Shown here: piece after piece, positions 21,859 through 35,422 of the stretch
How positions within the stretch are numbered: the first letter of the stretch is position 1
Layout of the letters: each line of letters starts with the position of its first letter
Assembly: GCA_963759655.1 (NCBI GenBank)
Contig: CAVXAG010000039.1
Coordinates: 29,010-93,009 of the forward strand
Length of the DNA: 64,000 nt
Direction of reading: 5' to 3'
Source: an uncultured Actinomycetota bacterium
Lineage (GTDB): Bacteria > Actinomycetota > Actinomycetes > Mycobacteriales > Mycobacteriaceae
The notes under the pieces: generated by a model
The model's input: only the letters and a program-made list of their open reading frames with translations
Told to the model about the DNA's origin: nothing
The model's database searches: none
Translations under genes and position numbers: made by a program

Positions 21859-22256
21859 CGGCTGTCAAGTTCCTTGATCAGCTTCTTCGGCGCCACCAAT
21901 CGGTAGGACGCGTCAACGAGCTCGCGCACCTCCGCCCAGTCCACATCGGCGGCCGTGAAATCCAGTCCCAGCCATCCGGACGGACCCATGTACGCGGGGT
22001 AGTAGAAGCGGCCGTCCTGCTGGAGCGCCCGGTGGTCGGAGTCGTCGACCTTGACCAGCATCGAGTACGGGTACGGCGTCATGTCCCCGATGTCCGGGCC
22101 CTTGACGTTTCCGCCGTACATCACAAAGATCTTCGGCGCACAGAACACCGGCCGCCCCCAGGAGATCTTTTCGAACGCACCGGGAAAGCCCAGCGCGATC
22201 TCCCGCACGTCGCGCAGGCCGAAGTCGTCGTCGCGAAACATGATCGGATGCGGCAC
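21855..22256 (-). CDS. MmcQ/YjbR family protein
   Basis: EKISWGRP, FYYPAYMGPSGWLG, ELVDASYRLVAPK; TACGCT -10 lies 6 nt before the GTG. Confidence 0.85.
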   Translation of the reverse strand: MPHPIMFRDDDFGLRDVREIALGFPGAFEKISWGRPVFCAPKIFVMYGGNVKGPDIGDMTPYPYSMLVKVDDSDHRALQQDGRFYYPAYMGPSGWLGLDFTAADVDWAEVRELVDASYRLVAPKKLIKELDSR

Positions 22257-22304
22257 CGCTACAGCGTATCGACGGCCCGCGGTGGTGTCGGTGTGCTCCG
22301 ATAG

Positions 22305-24371
<2,067 letters not shown>

Positions 24372-24457
24372 TCGCTTAACGGCCGGGGCAAGCATCATGT
24401 TTACGCCGCAGCCGAGTCGGTGGCGGTCGATGTGAGGTCATCGCCTCGGCTTGTCTG

Positions 24458-25468
24458 CTAGGCAGGCACTCGCCGGTTGATGAGCAGGGCGAGCAGGCCG
24501 GCAAGGGTGGCGAGGAGCACCGCGAGGCGCAGCCAGCCGGCGGTGGCGGGTCCCTGCACGACCTGGTAGCCGACCTGCTGTTGCACAGCGCTGTAGTTGT
24601 TGGCCAGCTGATCGACGGTGGACGCGCGGTAGGCCTTGCCGCCCGAGAGTTCGGCGATCTTTTTCATCATGGAGTCATCGACGGGCACCGCGACGGATCG
24701 TCCTTGTACGTCCACATGTCCGGTGGGGGTGCCGAACGAGATCGTCGCGATCGGAACGCCTTTGTCCTTGGCGGCACGCGCGGCGGTGTAGGCCCCTTGT
24801 GGGCTGTTGGGATTGTCGGGTTTGTTCTCCTTGCCGTCCGACAGCAGCACGATGCGCGCGGGCGGGGGGGTGGGCTCACCCGCGCCGATCACCGCGGCCA
24901 CCGTGGAAATGGAGTCCAGCGCCGCGAAGATCGCCTGGCCGGTGGCCGTGGAATCCGCGGGCCGCAGATTGGCCAGCGCGGCCACGGTGGCGTCGTGGTC
25001 GGGAGTCGGGGACACCAGCACGTTGGCGTCGCCGGCGAACGAGATCAGACCCAGATTGACCCCGGGGGTGAGTTGTCGGGCGAAGCCCTTGGCGGCCTCA
25101 CGGGCAGCATCGAGCCGGCTGGGCGGCACGTCGGTGGCGCGCATGGACTGCGACACGTCGACCACAAGCATGATGACGGCCCGGTTGCGCGGGGTCTGGA
25201 TGCTGCGCGTCGGGCCGGCGATCGCCACCGTCAACACGACCAGCGACATCACCAGCAGCGCCACAGGCAGGTGACGCCAGCGGGGCGGAGGATGCTTGGC
25301 CACTGTGCCGATCAGCTCTGGGTCGGCGAACCGGCGCATCCGGGCCCGCCGGCGCGCCCCGGCCAGCAGGTACAGGGCCAGCACACCGATCGGTGCCAGC
25401 ACCGCCACAAACCCCGACGGATGGGCAAACCCCGACACAGACAGCACCCCGAGCACCGGCAGCGTCAC
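24458..25468 (-). CDS. vWA-domain membrane protein, Rv1481/BatA-like (paralog 1, 336 aa)
   Basis: GTG start (VTLPVLGVLSVSGF); MIDAS DVSQS, TATG, SDG; N- and C-terminal TM helices; ends LLINRRVPA. Confidence 0.88.
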   Translation of the reverse strand: MTLPVLGVLSVSGFAHPSGFVAVLAPIGVLALYLLAGARRRARMRRFADPELIGTVAKHPPPRWRHLPVALLVMSLVVLTVAIAGPTRSIQTPRNRAVIMLVVDVSQSMRATDVPPSRLDAAREAAKGFARQLTPGVNLGLISFAGDANVLVSPTPDHDATVAALANLRPADSTATGQAIFAALDSISTVAAVIGAGEPTPPPARIVLLSDGKENKPDNPNSPQGAYTAARAAKDKGVPIATISFGTPTGHVDVQGRSVAVPVDDSMMKKIAELSGGKAYRASTVDQLANNYSAVQQQVGYQVVQGPATAGWLRLAVLLATLAGLLALLINRRVPA

Positions 25469-25803
25469 GGCGACCCCCACATCGCGACGCCGCAACCGGG
25501 CTCCGGTGGGCTGCACGCCGGCATGGCCTGCCCAGCCTGTTGCGGGATGGGACTCAACCTTCCTTCGACGGCGCTCGTCGGCCGGACGCGCAAACAGTTC
25601 TGTGTCTGTCATACCGAATACTGCGATTGGCACCGAAAGTACCAAGCAGAAATGCCGGTTGCCCGTCACCGCGCGCCGAGAACAGTTGTCCGTTCGTTTG
25701 ACGGTATCGGGTGCACCGCGTCTACTGAACTCATGGCCTTCGGCGAACAGTGGTGGCCCACCCCCGCGCGCCACATGGAGATTACCGTCGCCGGGGCGTG
25801 GCG

Positions 25804-26814
25804 ATGACCGTACCGGTGGTTGGTCTGCTGGCCGCGTCAGGGTTCGCCAACGCGTGGTTTTTCCTGTATTTGCTGGTCGTCGCCGCGCTGATCGGGCTGT
25901 ATGTGGTGGTTATGCGGCTGCGCCGCAAACGGGTGATGCGGTTTGCCAACATGGAGCTGCTCGAGCGGGTGGCGCCGCCGCGCGCCCCCGCCCGCTGGCG
26001 CCACCTGCCCGTGGCCCTGCTGGTCGCAGCGCTGGCACTGCTGACCACCGCAATGGCCGGGCCCACCCACGATCTGCGGGTGCCGCGCAACCGCGCGGTG
26101 GTGATGCTGGTGATCGATATCTCCGAATCCATGATCGCCACTGATGTGGCGCCAAGCCGGATCGAGGCGGCCAAAGAGGCCGGCAAGCATTTCGTCGACG
26201 TGCTCAGCCCGGGCATCAACCTGGGCCTGGTCTCGTTCGCCGCCAACGCCGTGCTGCTGGTGCCCCCGACCAACGACCGCGACGAGGTCAAACGCGCGAT
26301 CGACACCCTGCAGCCGGCTCCCCGTACCGCCACCGGCGAAGGCATCTTCACCGCGCTTCAGGCGATCACCACAGTCGCCTCGGTGATGGGCGGGGGCGCT
26401 GGGCCCCCGCCGGCGCGCATCGTGGTGGAGTCCGACGGCAAGGAGACCGTGCCCGCCGACCCCGACCAGCCTCGGGGCGAATTCACCGCCGCGCGTGCCG
26501 CCCAAGCCCAAGGGGTGGAGATCTCCACCATCTCCTTCGGCACCCTTGACGGGTTCATCAACATCGAAGGCCAGCAAGTGCCGGTGCCGGTCGACGATGT
26601 GTCGCTCAAAACCCTCGCCGACATGACCGGCGGGCAATTCTTCAAGGCCACCACCCTGGGGGAGCTGAGCAGCGTCTACAGCGCCCTGCAAGACTCGATC
26701 GGTTACCAGATCATCCGCGGTGACGCCAGCGACGGCTGGATACGACTCGGAGCCGCGCTCCTCGTCGCAGCCGCAGTCGCGGGCGTGCTGATCAATCAGA
26801 GGCTGCCGCACTGA
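25804..26814 (+). CDS. vWA-domain membrane protein, Rv1481/BatA-like (paralog 2, 336 aa)
   Basis: [14 protein letters not shown]; MIDAS DISES, TATG, SDG; ends LINQRLPH. Confidence 0.88.
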   Translation: MTVPVVGLLAASGFANAWFFLYLLVVAALIGLYVVVMRLRRKRVMRFANMELLERVAPPRAPARWRHLPVALLVAALALLTTAMAGPTHDLRVPRNRAVVMLVIDISESMIATDVAPSRIEAAKEAGKHFVDVLSPGINLGLVSFAANAVLLVPPTNDRDEVKRAIDTLQPAPRTATGEGIFTALQAITTVASVMGGGAGPPPARIVVESDGKETVPADPDQPRGEFTAARAAQAQGVEISTISFGTLDGFINIEGQQVPVPVDDVSLKTLADMTGGQFFKATTLGELSSVYSALQDSIGYQIIRGDASDGWIRLGAALLVAAAVAGVLINQRLPH

Positions 26815-26833
26815 GCAACCATGCACCGCAGCT

Positions 26834-28072
26834 TCACGTTGCCACCAGCATCTTGTATTGAGCGGCGGTTTGTTCACGGGCGCCGCGGGGATCGGCGTCG
26901 TGCGTTTCGATGGTGTAAATACCGGCCGGGGCGAAACAGGAATACCGAACTGGGCTGTTTGATGTCGGGCCAGCGGATTGCACGCATCGGCTGCTGGGTA
27001 TGTTGTCGACACCGTCGACAGGTCCGGCTGACGGTTGTTTGATGACCGCGTCGGCGAGATCGGCTGCCAGCTGGGCCGCGGCTGCCGCGTCGCGGGCCGT
27101 GTAGACGATGGTGTGGTTGTAGGACATCAGAGCCACGCCGGCGGTTGCAAACGCCGCGGCCGCGCTGGGGGGATCGTTTTGCAGATGCAGGGCGCCGTGC
27201 GGTTGGTATACACCGATTTTCGGGTTGGCCGGGGCCGCGGTTTGAGGTTCGGGCCACATGGGTGCCGGCATAGTGTGCGCCAGCAGCCCCGTCGGGTCGG
27301 CCGGCAGATCGGCGAACAGGGTGGGGTCGGTGGGCACGAATTGGTCGATGAGAAGTGTTTGCAAATCGAGGGTCTTGGCGATCAGCTCGGTGGCGGTGTC
27401 AATGTCGGCGGCTTGGGAGGTTTGACACAGCACGTATGCGCCGTGGGCGGTGAACGCGATCCCCGTCATGGGGTGTGGGTCCCTCGTGGAGAGGGTGGTG
27501 CTGTAGAAAACGGCGCGCGTGTTTTGATGACCCGGAATCTGTACCGTCGCTCGGCTGGGGTCGGGCTGGTCGGCCGCTGCGGCAACCGCGGCCATGTCGG
27601 CGGCGGCCGCGGCGGCTGAGGCGGGGTCGGCGAACCGCAGCACCGCGTTCATCAGCCGGAGTTCGGACATGTCTTGTCGGTCGGAGGCGAATCCGTTGAT
27701 GAAGTTGTGGGCCTGGGCCGCGCTGGCCATCCCGGCCATTGGCTCGATCAGCGCCACCCCGGCGACGTTGTTGAAGACTGTGGCGCGCTGCGGGCTGGGG
27801 GTGGTGAGTGCAGGGTCGACTTCCCAGGGACCCACCACGTTGTCGGCCATGCGCCTGGCCTCGATCAGGGAGCCCTCCGGCGCGGACCCGGCGGTGCGAA
27901 GGGGCGGGGCGGGCTCGGTGGGGAAGTTGCCGGTGTCGAGCCGATTGATGGCGGGGTGCGGGCCGTCGGAGGCGGCTACCGGGACACCCGGGGTGGTCAC
28001 CGAGCAGCCTGCCGCCGCGAGCGGCACGGTCACCGCGAGCGCGGCGAGCACCCGGTTTGGCCGTCGCCACAT
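26834..28072 (-). CDS. Putative lipoprotein (DUF7373-like mycobacterial family)
   Basis: GGAGG RBS 7 nt upstream; lipobox AAAGC; LDTGNFP motif recognised from memory; family call unverified. Confidence 0.65.
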   Translation of the reverse strand: MWRRPNRVLAALAVTVPLAAAGCSVTTPGVPVAASDGPHPAINRLDTGNFPTEPAPPLRTAGSAPEGSLIEARRMADNVVGPWEVDPALTTPSPQRATVFNNVAGVALIEPMAGMASAAQAHNFINGFASDRQDMSELRLMNAVLRFADPASAAAAAADMAAVAAAADQPDPSRATVQIPGHQNTRAVFYSTTLSTRDPHPMTGIAFTAHGAYVLCQTSQAADIDTATELIAKTLDLQTLLIDQFVPTDPTLFADLPADPTGLLAHTMPAPMWPEPQTAAPANPKIGVYQPHGALHLQNDPPSAAAAFATAGVALMSYNHTIVYTARDAAAAAQLAADLADAVIKQPSAGPVDGVDNIPSSRCVQSAGPTSNSPVRYSCFAPAGIYTIETHDADPRGAREQTAAQYKMLVAT

Positions 28073-28201
28073 GTGCATTCCTCCGCACCCGAGCACGTTG
28101 TTTGCGAACAGTGAACCGCGCGGGCGAACCCGCGGCGATGCCACAAGCGTATTAGGTCGGAGTAATAGGGGCACGGGTGACGATCAGCCGAGATGCCAGG
28201 C

Positions 28202-28867
28202 TTACCGCAGAATCGTGGCCACGATGCCGGCCAGGTAGCCCAACCTGGCCACCTCCGAGGGGCGGAAATCCGGCCCACCGGGACGGCCGAGCATCACCGC
28301 GCAGCCCGGGTCGCCCAGCGGCGCGGCCGCCAACGTGGTGTCCATGTCGCGCCACAGCTGCGGTACCCAGCCGGCGCCGGCATCTAGTGCCGCCGCGCGC
28401 TCGAGCGGCAGCCACGGTGCCGATTCGGCAACGGTCTCCGGTGCGCCCGAACTGCCGACAATCCGCTCGAACCCGTGGTCGTGCAGCCGGACCACGGTGC
28501 ACCAGCCCACCCGCAACACCCGTGGTGCCTCGTCGGCGAGCACCTGCAATTTGCCCAGTCGATCGGCCCCGGCGGCGATGTGATCGATCAACTCGAGCTC
28601 GCGGTGCGCCTCGAGCAGGCCGGTGTGCGGCCGGATGCTGTCCACGCGGACGCCGTTCAGCGCCTCCGCCGCGGTGATCAGCGTGTCCGGCATAGCGCCG
28701 GGCGGCAGATCCACGACCAGATCGTCGATCGCCAGCCCGGACACCCGCTCCACCACATCCAGCGACAGGATGTCGGCCCCCACCGAGCCGAGCGCCACGG
28801 CCAGGGAGCCGAGGCTGCCCGGCCGGTCGACCAGCTGGACCCGCAGCAGATACGAAGGCACGGGCAC
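28202..28867 (-). CDS. ACT-domain amino-acid-binding protein (Rv3013-like)
   Basis: [28 protein letters not shown] motif; [16 protein letters not shown]; divergent from gatC. Confidence 0.88.
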   Translation of the reverse strand: MPVPSYLLRVQLVDRPGSLGSLAVALGSVGADILSLDVVERVSGLAIDDLVVDLPPGAMPDTLITAAEALNGVRVDSIRPHTGLLEAHRELELIDHIAAGADRLGKLQVLADEAPRVLRVGWCTVVRLHDHGFERIVGSSGAPETVAESAPWLPLERAAALDAGAGWVPQLWRDMDTTLAAAPLGDPGCAVMLGRPGGPDFRPSEVARLGYLAGIVATILR

Positions 28868-28923
28868 ACTGTCGCACAGCGCGCTGCGCCCGGCATTCCC
28901 ACCGGCGGCTAGGCTCTGGCGAC

Positions 28924-29223
28924 GTGGCCCAGATCTCCCGCGACGAAGTCGCCCGGCTGGCGAAGCTGGCGCGCCTCGCGCTCACGGATGCGGAGCTGGA
29001 CAGCTTCGCGGGGCAGCTCGACGCGATCCTGGGCTACGTCAGCCAGGTGCAGTCCGTCGACGTGACCGACGTCACGCCCACCGGCAACCCGCTCAAGGAC
29101 GTCAACGTGACCCGTCCCGACGTCGAAGAGCCGTGCCTGACGCAGCGGGACGCGCTGGCCGAGGCGCCCGCAACGGTCGACGGGCGGTTCGCGGTGCCGC
29201 GGATCTTGGGGGAGCCGGGATGA
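28924..29223 (+). CDS. gatC: Asp/Glu-tRNA amidotransferase subunit C
   Basis: [15 protein letters not shown]; FAVPRIL. Confidence 0.95.
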   Translation: MAQISRDEVARLAKLARLALTDAELDSFAGQLDAILGYVSQVQSVDVTDVTPTGNPLKDVNVTRPDVEEPCLTQRDALAEAPATVDGRFAVPRILGEPG

Positions 29224-30710
29224 CCGGGACGACCGAGCTGATCCGGCTCGACGCGGCGACGCTGGCCGAGAAGATCACCGGCGGCGAAGTGTCGTCGGTG
29301 GAGGTGACGCGGGCCCATCTGGACCAGATCGAGACCACCGACGCTCGCTATCACGCCTTCCTGCACGTGGCGGCCGAGCAGGCGCTGGCCGAAGCGGCGC
29401 GGGTAGACGCCGCGGTGGCCGCCGGTGATGAGCCGGCCTCGCCGCTGGCCGGTGTGCCGCTGGCGCTCAAGGATGTGTTCACCACCAAGGACATGCCGAC
29501 GACCTGCGGCTCGAAGATTCTTGAGGGCTGGCGCTCGCCCTACGACGCGACGTTGACGGCAAAGCTCCGCGAAGCGGGCATCCCGATCCTCGGCAAGACC
29601 AACATGGACGAGTTCGCCATGGGCAGTTCGACCGAGAACTCGGCATACGGCCCGACCCTGAATCCGTGGAACGTCGAGCGCGTGCCAGGCGGGTCCGGGG
29701 GCGGCAGTGCCGCGGCGCTGGCCGCGTTCCAGGCACCGCTTGCGATCGGTTCCGACACCGGCGGTTCCATTCGCCAGCCTGCGGCCCTGACCGCGACGGT
29801 GGGCGTCAAGCCCACGTACGGCACGGTGTCGCGGTACGGGTTGGTGGCGTGCGCATCGTCGCTCGATCAGGGCGGCCCGTGCGCGCGCACGGTGCTCGAC
29901 ACTGCGCTGCTGCACGCGGTGATCGCCGGCCACGATCACAAGGACTCCACCTCGGTGGAGGCGGCGGTGCCCGACATCGTGGCCGCGGCCCGCGACGGCG
30001 CGGCCGGCGACCTGAAGGGGGTGCGAATCGGCGTTGTCAGCCAATTGCGCGGCGACGGTTACCAACCGGGCGTGCTCGCGTCGTTCAACGCCGCGGTCGA
30101 GCAGCTCACCGCGCTGGGCGCGGAGGTGAGCGAGGTGTCCTGCCCGCATTTCGACGATGCGCTTGCGGCCTACTACCTGATCCTGCCGTCGGAGGTGTCG
30201 TCGAACCTGGCCCGGTTCGACGGGATTCGGTACGGCCTTCGTGTCGGCGACGACGGCACGCACAGCGCCGAAGAGGTGATGGCGCTGACGCGCGCCGCCG
30301 GATTCGGCCCGGAGGTCAAGCGCCGCATCATGATCGGCACATACGCGCTGTCCGCCGGATACTACGACGCCTACTACAACCAGGCGCAGAAGGTGCGCAC
30401 GCTGATCGGGCGGGATCTGGACGAGGCGTACCGACGCGTCGATGTGCTGGTGTCTCCGGCGACGCCGACCACCGCGTTCCCGCTCGGGGAGAAGGTCGAC
30501 GACCCGCTCGCGATGTACCTGTTCGACTTGTGCACGCTGCCGCTGAACTTGGCCGGACACGCGGGGATGTCGGTTCCGTCCGGGTTGTCGCCCGACGACT
30601 CGTTGCCGGTCGGGCTCCAAATCATGGCACCCGCGCTGGCCGACGACCGGTTGTACCGGGTGGGCGCCGCTTACGAGGCCGCGCGCGGGCCCCTGCCCGC
30701 TGCCATCTGA
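29220..30710 (+). CDS. gatA: Asp/Glu-tRNA amidotransferase subunit A
   Basis: Amidase signature [33 protein letters not shown]. Confidence 0.97.
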   Translation: MTGTTELIRLDAATLAEKITGGEVSSVEVTRAHLDQIETTDARYHAFLHVAAEQALAEAARVDAAVAAGDEPASPLAGVPLALKDVFTTKDMPTTCGSKILEGWRSPYDATLTAKLREAGIPILGKTNMDEFAMGSSTENSAYGPTLNPWNVERVPGGSGGGSAAALAAFQAPLAIGSDTGGSIRQPAALTATVGVKPTYGTVSRYGLVACASSLDQGGPCARTVLDTALLHAVIAGHDHKDSTSVEAAVPDIVAAARDGAAGDLKGVRIGVVSQLRGDGYQPGVLASFNAAVEQLTALGAEVSEVSCPHFDDALAAYYLILPSEVSSNLARFDGIRYGLRVGDDGTHSAEEVMALTRAAGFGPEVKRRIMIGTYALSAGYYDAYYNQAQKVRTLIGRDLDEAYRRVDVLVSPATPTTAFPLGEKVDDPLAMYLFDLCTLPLNLAGHAGMSVPSGLSPDDSLPVGLQIMAPALADDRLYRVGAAYEAARGPLPAAI

Positions 30711-30754
30711 GCATCGGGGCTGCCCGAGCCGAGTGAAGGGGGCAGGATAAGAAC

Positions 30755-31786
30755 ATGCGGATCGGAATTCTCACCGGCGGCGGCGACTGTCCCGGCTTGA
30801 ACGCCGTGATCCGCGCGGTGGTTCGCACAAGCGACTCCCGGTACGGCTCGTCGGTCGTCGGATTCCAGGACGGGTGGCGTGGTCTGCTGGAGGACCGGCG
30901 CATCCAACTTCAGAACGACGAACGAAACGACCGGCTGCTGGCCAAGGGCGGAACGGTGCTCGGCACCGCCCGGGTTCATCCCGACAAGCTGCAGGCCGGG
31001 CTGGATCAGATCAAACAGACGCTCGACGACAACGGCATCGATGTGCTGATCCCGATCGGCGGCGAAGGCACGCTGACGGCCGCACATTGGCTCTCCGAGG
31101 AGAACGTCCCGGTGGTCGGGGTGCCGAAGACGATCGACAACGACATCGACTGCACCGACGCGACGTTCGGACACGACACCGCACTGCAGGTGGCCACCGA
31201 TGCCATCGACCGGCTGCACTCCACGGCCGAGTCGCATCAGCGCGTGATGCTGGTCGAGGTGATGGGCCGGCACGCCGGGTGGATCGCTCTGAACGCGGGG
31301 CTGGCGACCGGCGCGCACATGACACTTATTCCCGAGCAGCCGTTCGACGTCGAAGAGGTGTGCCGGCTGGTCAAGCGGCGCTTCCAGCGTGGCGAATCGC
31401 ATTTCATCTGCGTGGTCGCCGAAGGCGCCAAGCCGGCGACGGGCTCGATGAAATTGCAAGAGGGCGGCACCGACGAGTTCGGCCACGAGAAGTTCACCGG
31501 CGTGGCCGCGCAGCTGGCGCTCGAGGTCAACAAGCGCATCAACAAGGAAGTGCGGGTCACCGTGTTGGGGCACGTGCAGCGCGGCGGCACCCCCACGGCG
31601 TACGACCGCGTGCTCGCCACCAGGTTCGGCGTGAACGCCGTCGACGCCGCGCACGCCGGCGAGTACGGGATGATGGTGTCGCTGCGGGGCCAGGAGATCG
31701 GCCGGGTGTCGCTGGCTGAGGCCACACGTCAGCTGAAGCTGGTTCCGCAGAGCCGGTACGACGACGCGGTGGCGTTCTTCGGCTGA
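30755..31786 (+). CDS. pfkA: ATP-dependent 6-phosphofructokinase
   Basis: [37 protein letters not shown]. Confidence 0.96.
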   Translation: MRIGILTGGGDCPGLNAVIRAVVRTSDSRYGSSVVGFQDGWRGLLEDRRIQLQNDERNDRLLAKGGTVLGTARVHPDKLQAGLDQIKQTLDDNGIDVLIPIGGEGTLTAAHWLSEENVPVVGVPKTIDNDIDCTDATFGHDTALQVATDAIDRLHSTAESHQRVMLVEVMGRHAGWIALNAGLATGAHMTLIPEQPFDVEEVCRLVKRRFQRGESHFICVVAEGAKPATGSMKLQEGGTDEFGHEKFTGVAAQLALEVNKRINKEVRVTVLGHVQRGGTPTAYDRVLATRFGVNAVDAAHAGEYGMMVSLRGQEIGRVSLAEATRQLKLVPQSRYDDAVAFFG

Positions 31787-31809
31787 TCAGCCCCACTAAA
31801 CTGGATTTC

Positions 31810-33315
31810 ATGACCCTGGCTGCTACCGCGGAACTGCTCGACTACGACGAGGTCGTGGCGCGCTACGAGCCGGTGCTCGGCCTCGAGGTGCACGTCGAGC
31901 TGTCGACCACCACCAAGATGTTCTGCGGGTGTCCCACCGCTTTCGGGGCCGAACCGAACACCCAGGTGTGCCCGGTCTGCCTGGGTCTGCCCGGCGCGCT
32001 GCCGGTGCTCAACGAGGCAGCGGTGGAGTCTGCGGTGCGCATCGGCCTTGTGCTGAACTGCGAGATCGTGGACTGGTGCCGGTTCGCCCGGAAGAACTAC
32101 TTCTATCCGGATATGCCGAAGAACTACCAGATTTCACAGTACGACGAACCGATCGCGATCAACGGCCACCTCGACGTTCCGCTTCACGACGGGACCACCT
32201 TCCGAGTCGACATCGAGCGGGCCCACATGGAGGAAGACACCGGCAAGCTCATGCACCTGGGCAGCGAAACGGGCCGGATCGAAGGCGCCACGGGGTCGTT
32301 GTTGGACTTCAACAGGGCCGGCGTGCCGTTGATCGAGATCGTGACGAAGCCGATCGTCGGCGCGGGCGTGCATGCGCCTGAGATCGCGCGCACGTACGTC
32401 ACCGCGCTACGAGACCTGTTGCGCGCATTAGGGGTTTCCGACGTTCGGATGGATCAGGGCTCGATGCGCTGCGACGCCAACGTGTCGCTGATGCCGATCG
32501 GTGCAAAGGAATTCGGGATTCGGACGGAGACGAAGAACGTCAATTCGCTGAGAAGTGTCGAGGTGGCGGTGCGTTACGAGATGCGCAGGCAGGCCGCGAT
32601 TCTGGCCGCCGGCGGCCGGATTGGCCAGGAAACCCGTCATTTCCACGAGGACGGCTACACCTCGCCGGGCCGCAGCAAGGAATCCGCGGAGGACTACCGC
32701 TACTTCCCCGAACCCGACCTAGAGCCAGTCGCGCCGAGCGCCGAATTGGTGGAGCGACTGCGGGGGACGCTGCCCGAGCTCCCATGGTTGCGGCGCAAGC
32801 GGATTCAACAGGAGTGGGGGGTCTCCGACGAGGTGATGCGCGACCTGGTCAACGCCGGCGCGGTCGAATTGGTGGCCGCGACAGTGGAGCACGGCGCATC
32901 CAGCGAGGGGGCGCGGGCCTGGTGGGGAAACTTCTTGGTGCAGAAGGCCAACGAGGCGGGTGTCGAGTTGGACGCGCTGCCGATCACGCCCGCGCAGATC
33001 GCCGAGGTGGTCAAGCTGGTCGACGACGGCAAGCTGTCGAACAAGCTGGCGCGGCAGGTCGTGGAGGGCGTGCTGGCCGGTGAGGGCGAACCCGAGCAGG
33101 TGATGGCCGCGCGCGGACTGGAAGTGGTACGCGACGATTCCGCGCTGCAGACCGCGGTCGACGAGGCGCTGGCCGCGAATCCCGACGTGGTGGAAAAGAT
33201 TCGCGGCGGCAAGGTGCAGGCCGCCGGCGCGATCGTCGGGGCGGTGATGAAGGCGACCAAGGGCCAGGCTGACGCAGCGCGGGTCCGCGAACTGGTGCTG
33301 GCGGCCTGCAGCTAG
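31810..33315 (+). CDS. gatB: Asp/Glu-tRNA amidotransferase subunit B
   Basis: [43 protein letters not shown]. Confidence 0.97.
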   Translation: MTLAATAELLDYDEVVARYEPVLGLEVHVELSTTTKMFCGCPTAFGAEPNTQVCPVCLGLPGALPVLNEAAVESAVRIGLVLNCEIVDWCRFARKNYFYPDMPKNYQISQYDEPIAINGHLDVPLHDGTTFRVDIERAHMEEDTGKLMHLGSETGRIEGATGSLLDFNRAGVPLIEIVTKPIVGAGVHAPEIARTYVTALRDLLRALGVSDVRMDQGSMRCDANVSLMPIGAKEFGIRTETKNVNSLRSVEVAVRYEMRRQAAILAAGGRIGQETRHFHEDGYTSPGRSKESAEDYRYFPEPDLEPVAPSAELVERLRGTLPELPWLRRKRIQQEWGVSDEVMRDLVNAGAVELVAATVEHGASSEGARAWWGNFLVQKANEAGVELDALPITPAQIAEVVKLVDDGKLSNKLARQVVEGVLAGEGEPEQVMAARGLEVVRDDSALQTAVDEALAANPDVVEKIRGGKVQAAGAIVGAVMKATKGQADAARVRELVLAACS

Positions 33316-33330
33316 CCTGAGCGGCTCGCG

Positions 33331-34464
33331 CTAAACCAGATCGTCCTTCGGCCGCGGGAAGCCGCCGCCGCTCTTGAACAGCGGGAACACCACGTCGTCC
33401 AGCTGCATCGCGTCGCCGAACGTCTTGTTGACCGTGGCACCCCAGATGTTCCCGTCGGGAGACACTGCCAGTGCCCAGGCGTGCCCGTGCTCGTCCTGGC
33501 GCATCACCTCGGGTTCACCGGTCACCGAGCCGGAGTCCGGGGCCATCCGCACCGCGACGGTCTGCTTGGTGTTGACCAGGTTCACCAGAATCGTGCCGGC
33601 GAGCGCCGCGCAGCCCGCCACACCGGGCTTGTCCGGCCATGTCCACACCGTCGACGTCTTCGAATCCGCCGTGATCCGCTGCAACCGGTCCGCGGTGGGC
33701 GTGCGGTCGGTGATGTATAGCGAGTTGTCGGTCGGATCGACGCACAGACCGCCGGCCGACCCCATGTTCGACATCGCCGTGGTGATCGGCGCCTGATTGA
33801 CGGTGGTGGGCTGCTCGATCCGAATCACCTTGCCCGCAAGCGAGTTCGGGTCGGCTGCCAAGGCGGGGTTACCCGCATCGCCAGTCAGCACAACAAGAGT
33901 GGTGGGACTGGTGAAGGTCAGCGCGCCGGTGTTGCCGGTGGCGCCTTTCGGGATTCCGGTGAGGATGTCTTTCGGCACGTCGCCCTCCGCGATGCGGACG
34001 ACGCGATTGTCGGTGGGAGTGCTGATGTATGCGTACATCAACCGGTCCTCGTCGTAGGTCGGCGACAACACGATGTCCATCAGTCCGCCGTCACCGGACG
34101 GGTCGACGGGGATGACGAGCTTGACCTTGGGTTCGGCGTTGACCGCCACTTGTTTGACCGCGCCGGTGGTTCGCTCGGCCACCAGCGCGGACTTGCTGTC
34201 CGGGCCCATGATCAACCCGCTCGTGCTCTCCAGGCAGCCCTGCATCACACCCGGGGCGGGGCACTGCTTCGGGAACGGATTATCGGGCAGCGGCGGCGGC
34301 GGCGGCGGAGTCGAGGTCGGGGGCGGTGCCAACTTGGGTTCGGTGGTGAACGGCTGGGACGCGGAGTCGTCGAACTTCGCGCAGCCGGTGGCCACCAGGG
34401 CGGCCGCGAGCAGCGCTGACAACGTCTTTGTCGCAGCCACCCGCACCGGTCCGCGCATATGCAT
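33331..34464 (-). CDS. lppZ: PQQ-dependent sugar dehydrogenase-family lipoprotein (LppZ-like)
   Basis: Lipobox VATGC; Pro-rich linker; GDGGLMDIVLSP; synteny. Confidence 0.82.
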   Translation of the reverse strand: MHMRGPVRVAATKTLSALLAAALVATGCAKFDDSASQPFTTEPKLAPPPTSTPPPPPPLPDNPFPKQCPAPGVMQGCLESTSGLIMGPDSKSALVAERTTGAVKQVAVNAEPKVKLVIPVDPSGDGGLMDIVLSPTYDEDRLMYAYISTPTDNRVVRIAEGDVPKDILTGIPKGATGNTGALTFTSPTTLVVLTGDAGNPALAADPNSLAGKVIRIEQPTTVNQAPITTAMSNMGSAGGLCVDPTDNSLYITDRTPTADRLQRITADSKTSTVWTWPDKPGVAGCAALAGTILVNLVNTKQTVAVRMAPDSGSVTGEPEVMRQDEHGHAWALAVSPDGNIWGATVNKTFGDAMQLDDVVFPLFKSGGGFPRPKDDLV

Positions 34465-34588
34465 GCCCGCCAGGTTACGGATAATTGGCCGCCTACCGCC
34501 ACGCGGACAGGCTTCGGAGCGGTAAAGGTGCGGTGACGGCCCGGTACAAATCCGCGACGCAGGGGTTACTTGCGCTTACGCTGGCATT

Positions 34589-35422
34589 ATGCACCCGCAT
34601 GACCCGCGCTCCTGGCAACGGCCCGCCGACTCGGTGCGGTTCGCGCGCCCCGCGTCGGCACGCCTGGTAGACCCCGAGGATGACCTGCCGTCCGCGACCT
34701 ACGGCGGCGACTACGAAACAACCAGAATCCCGCACTACGGTGCGGCCGACCCGATATCAGGCCCGTCGGGACTCGAGCTGCTCGCGGACCCGGTGCCGCT
34801 ACCGTACGTAGACCCCACCCTCTCCGGTCGACACGCCGCGCCGGACTGGCACGCGCAAACCGACGACCGCGCCGACCCGTGGGTAGCCGCCGACGGGCGG
34901 CGGGGCACCCAAGACCTCGGGCTGCTGCTGTTGCGCGCGGCCGTGGGCGCCATCCTCGTCGTGCACGGATTGCAGAAGGCGTTCGGCATCTGGGGCGGCC
35001 AGGGTCTCGACTCGTTCAAGAACTCGTTGTCCGGCATGGGGTATCAACACGCCGACGTGCTGACGTATGTGGCCAGCGGCACTCAACTGGCGGCGGGTGT
35101 GCTGTTGGTCCTCGGCCTGTTCACGCCGTTGGCCGCCGCCGCGGCGCTGGCATACGCGATCAACGGGCTGGCCGCCAGTGTCGCCACCCAGCACGACGCC
35201 GGCTACACCGGGTTCTTCCTGCCCGGCGGCGACGAGTATCAGATGCTGCTGACCGTCGCCCTGGTGGCGATCATTCTGGTCGGCCCCGGTCGCTATGGAT
35301 TCGACGCGGGCCGGGGGTGGGCCCGGCGGCCGTTCCTGGGCTCGTTCGCTGCCCTGCTGCTCGGCATCGGTGTCGGGGTGGGAACCTGGATGGTGCTGAA
35401 CGGCACCAATCCGTTCGGCTAA
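34589..35422 (+). CDS. DoxX family membrane protein (Rv3005c-like)
   Basis: RGTQDLGLLLLR, HGLQK, GPGRYGFD; several TM helices. Confidence 0.88.
   Translation: MHPHDPRSWQRPADSVRFARPASARLVDPEDDLPSATYGGDYETTRIPHYGAADPISGPSGLELLADPVPLPYVDPTLSGRHAAPDWHAQTDDRADPWVAADGRRGTQDLGLLLLRAAVGAILVVHGLQKAFGIWGGQGLDSFKNSLSGMGYQHADVLTYVASGTQLAAGVLLVLGLFTPLAAAAALAYAINGLAASVATQHDAGYTGFFLPGGDEYQMLLTVALVAIILVGPGRYGFDAGRGWARRPFLGSFAALLLGIGVGVGTWMVLNGTNPFG

Noticed and set aside
25469-25803. Three AACAGT words and a GAAC-N8-GTTC in the vWA intergenic region (SOS box?)
   Set aside because: Spacing does not match the mycobacterial LexA box (CGAAC-N4-GTTCG), and the words are too short to be significant.
29034-30620. 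Long antisense/alternate-frame ORFs (e.g. 29034-30620, 14246-15211, 44322-46625, 50696-52060, 54598-55821)
   Set aside because: Shadow ORFs of high-GC genes: they overlap well-supported genes, are Arg/Ala/Gly-rich and show no motifs.
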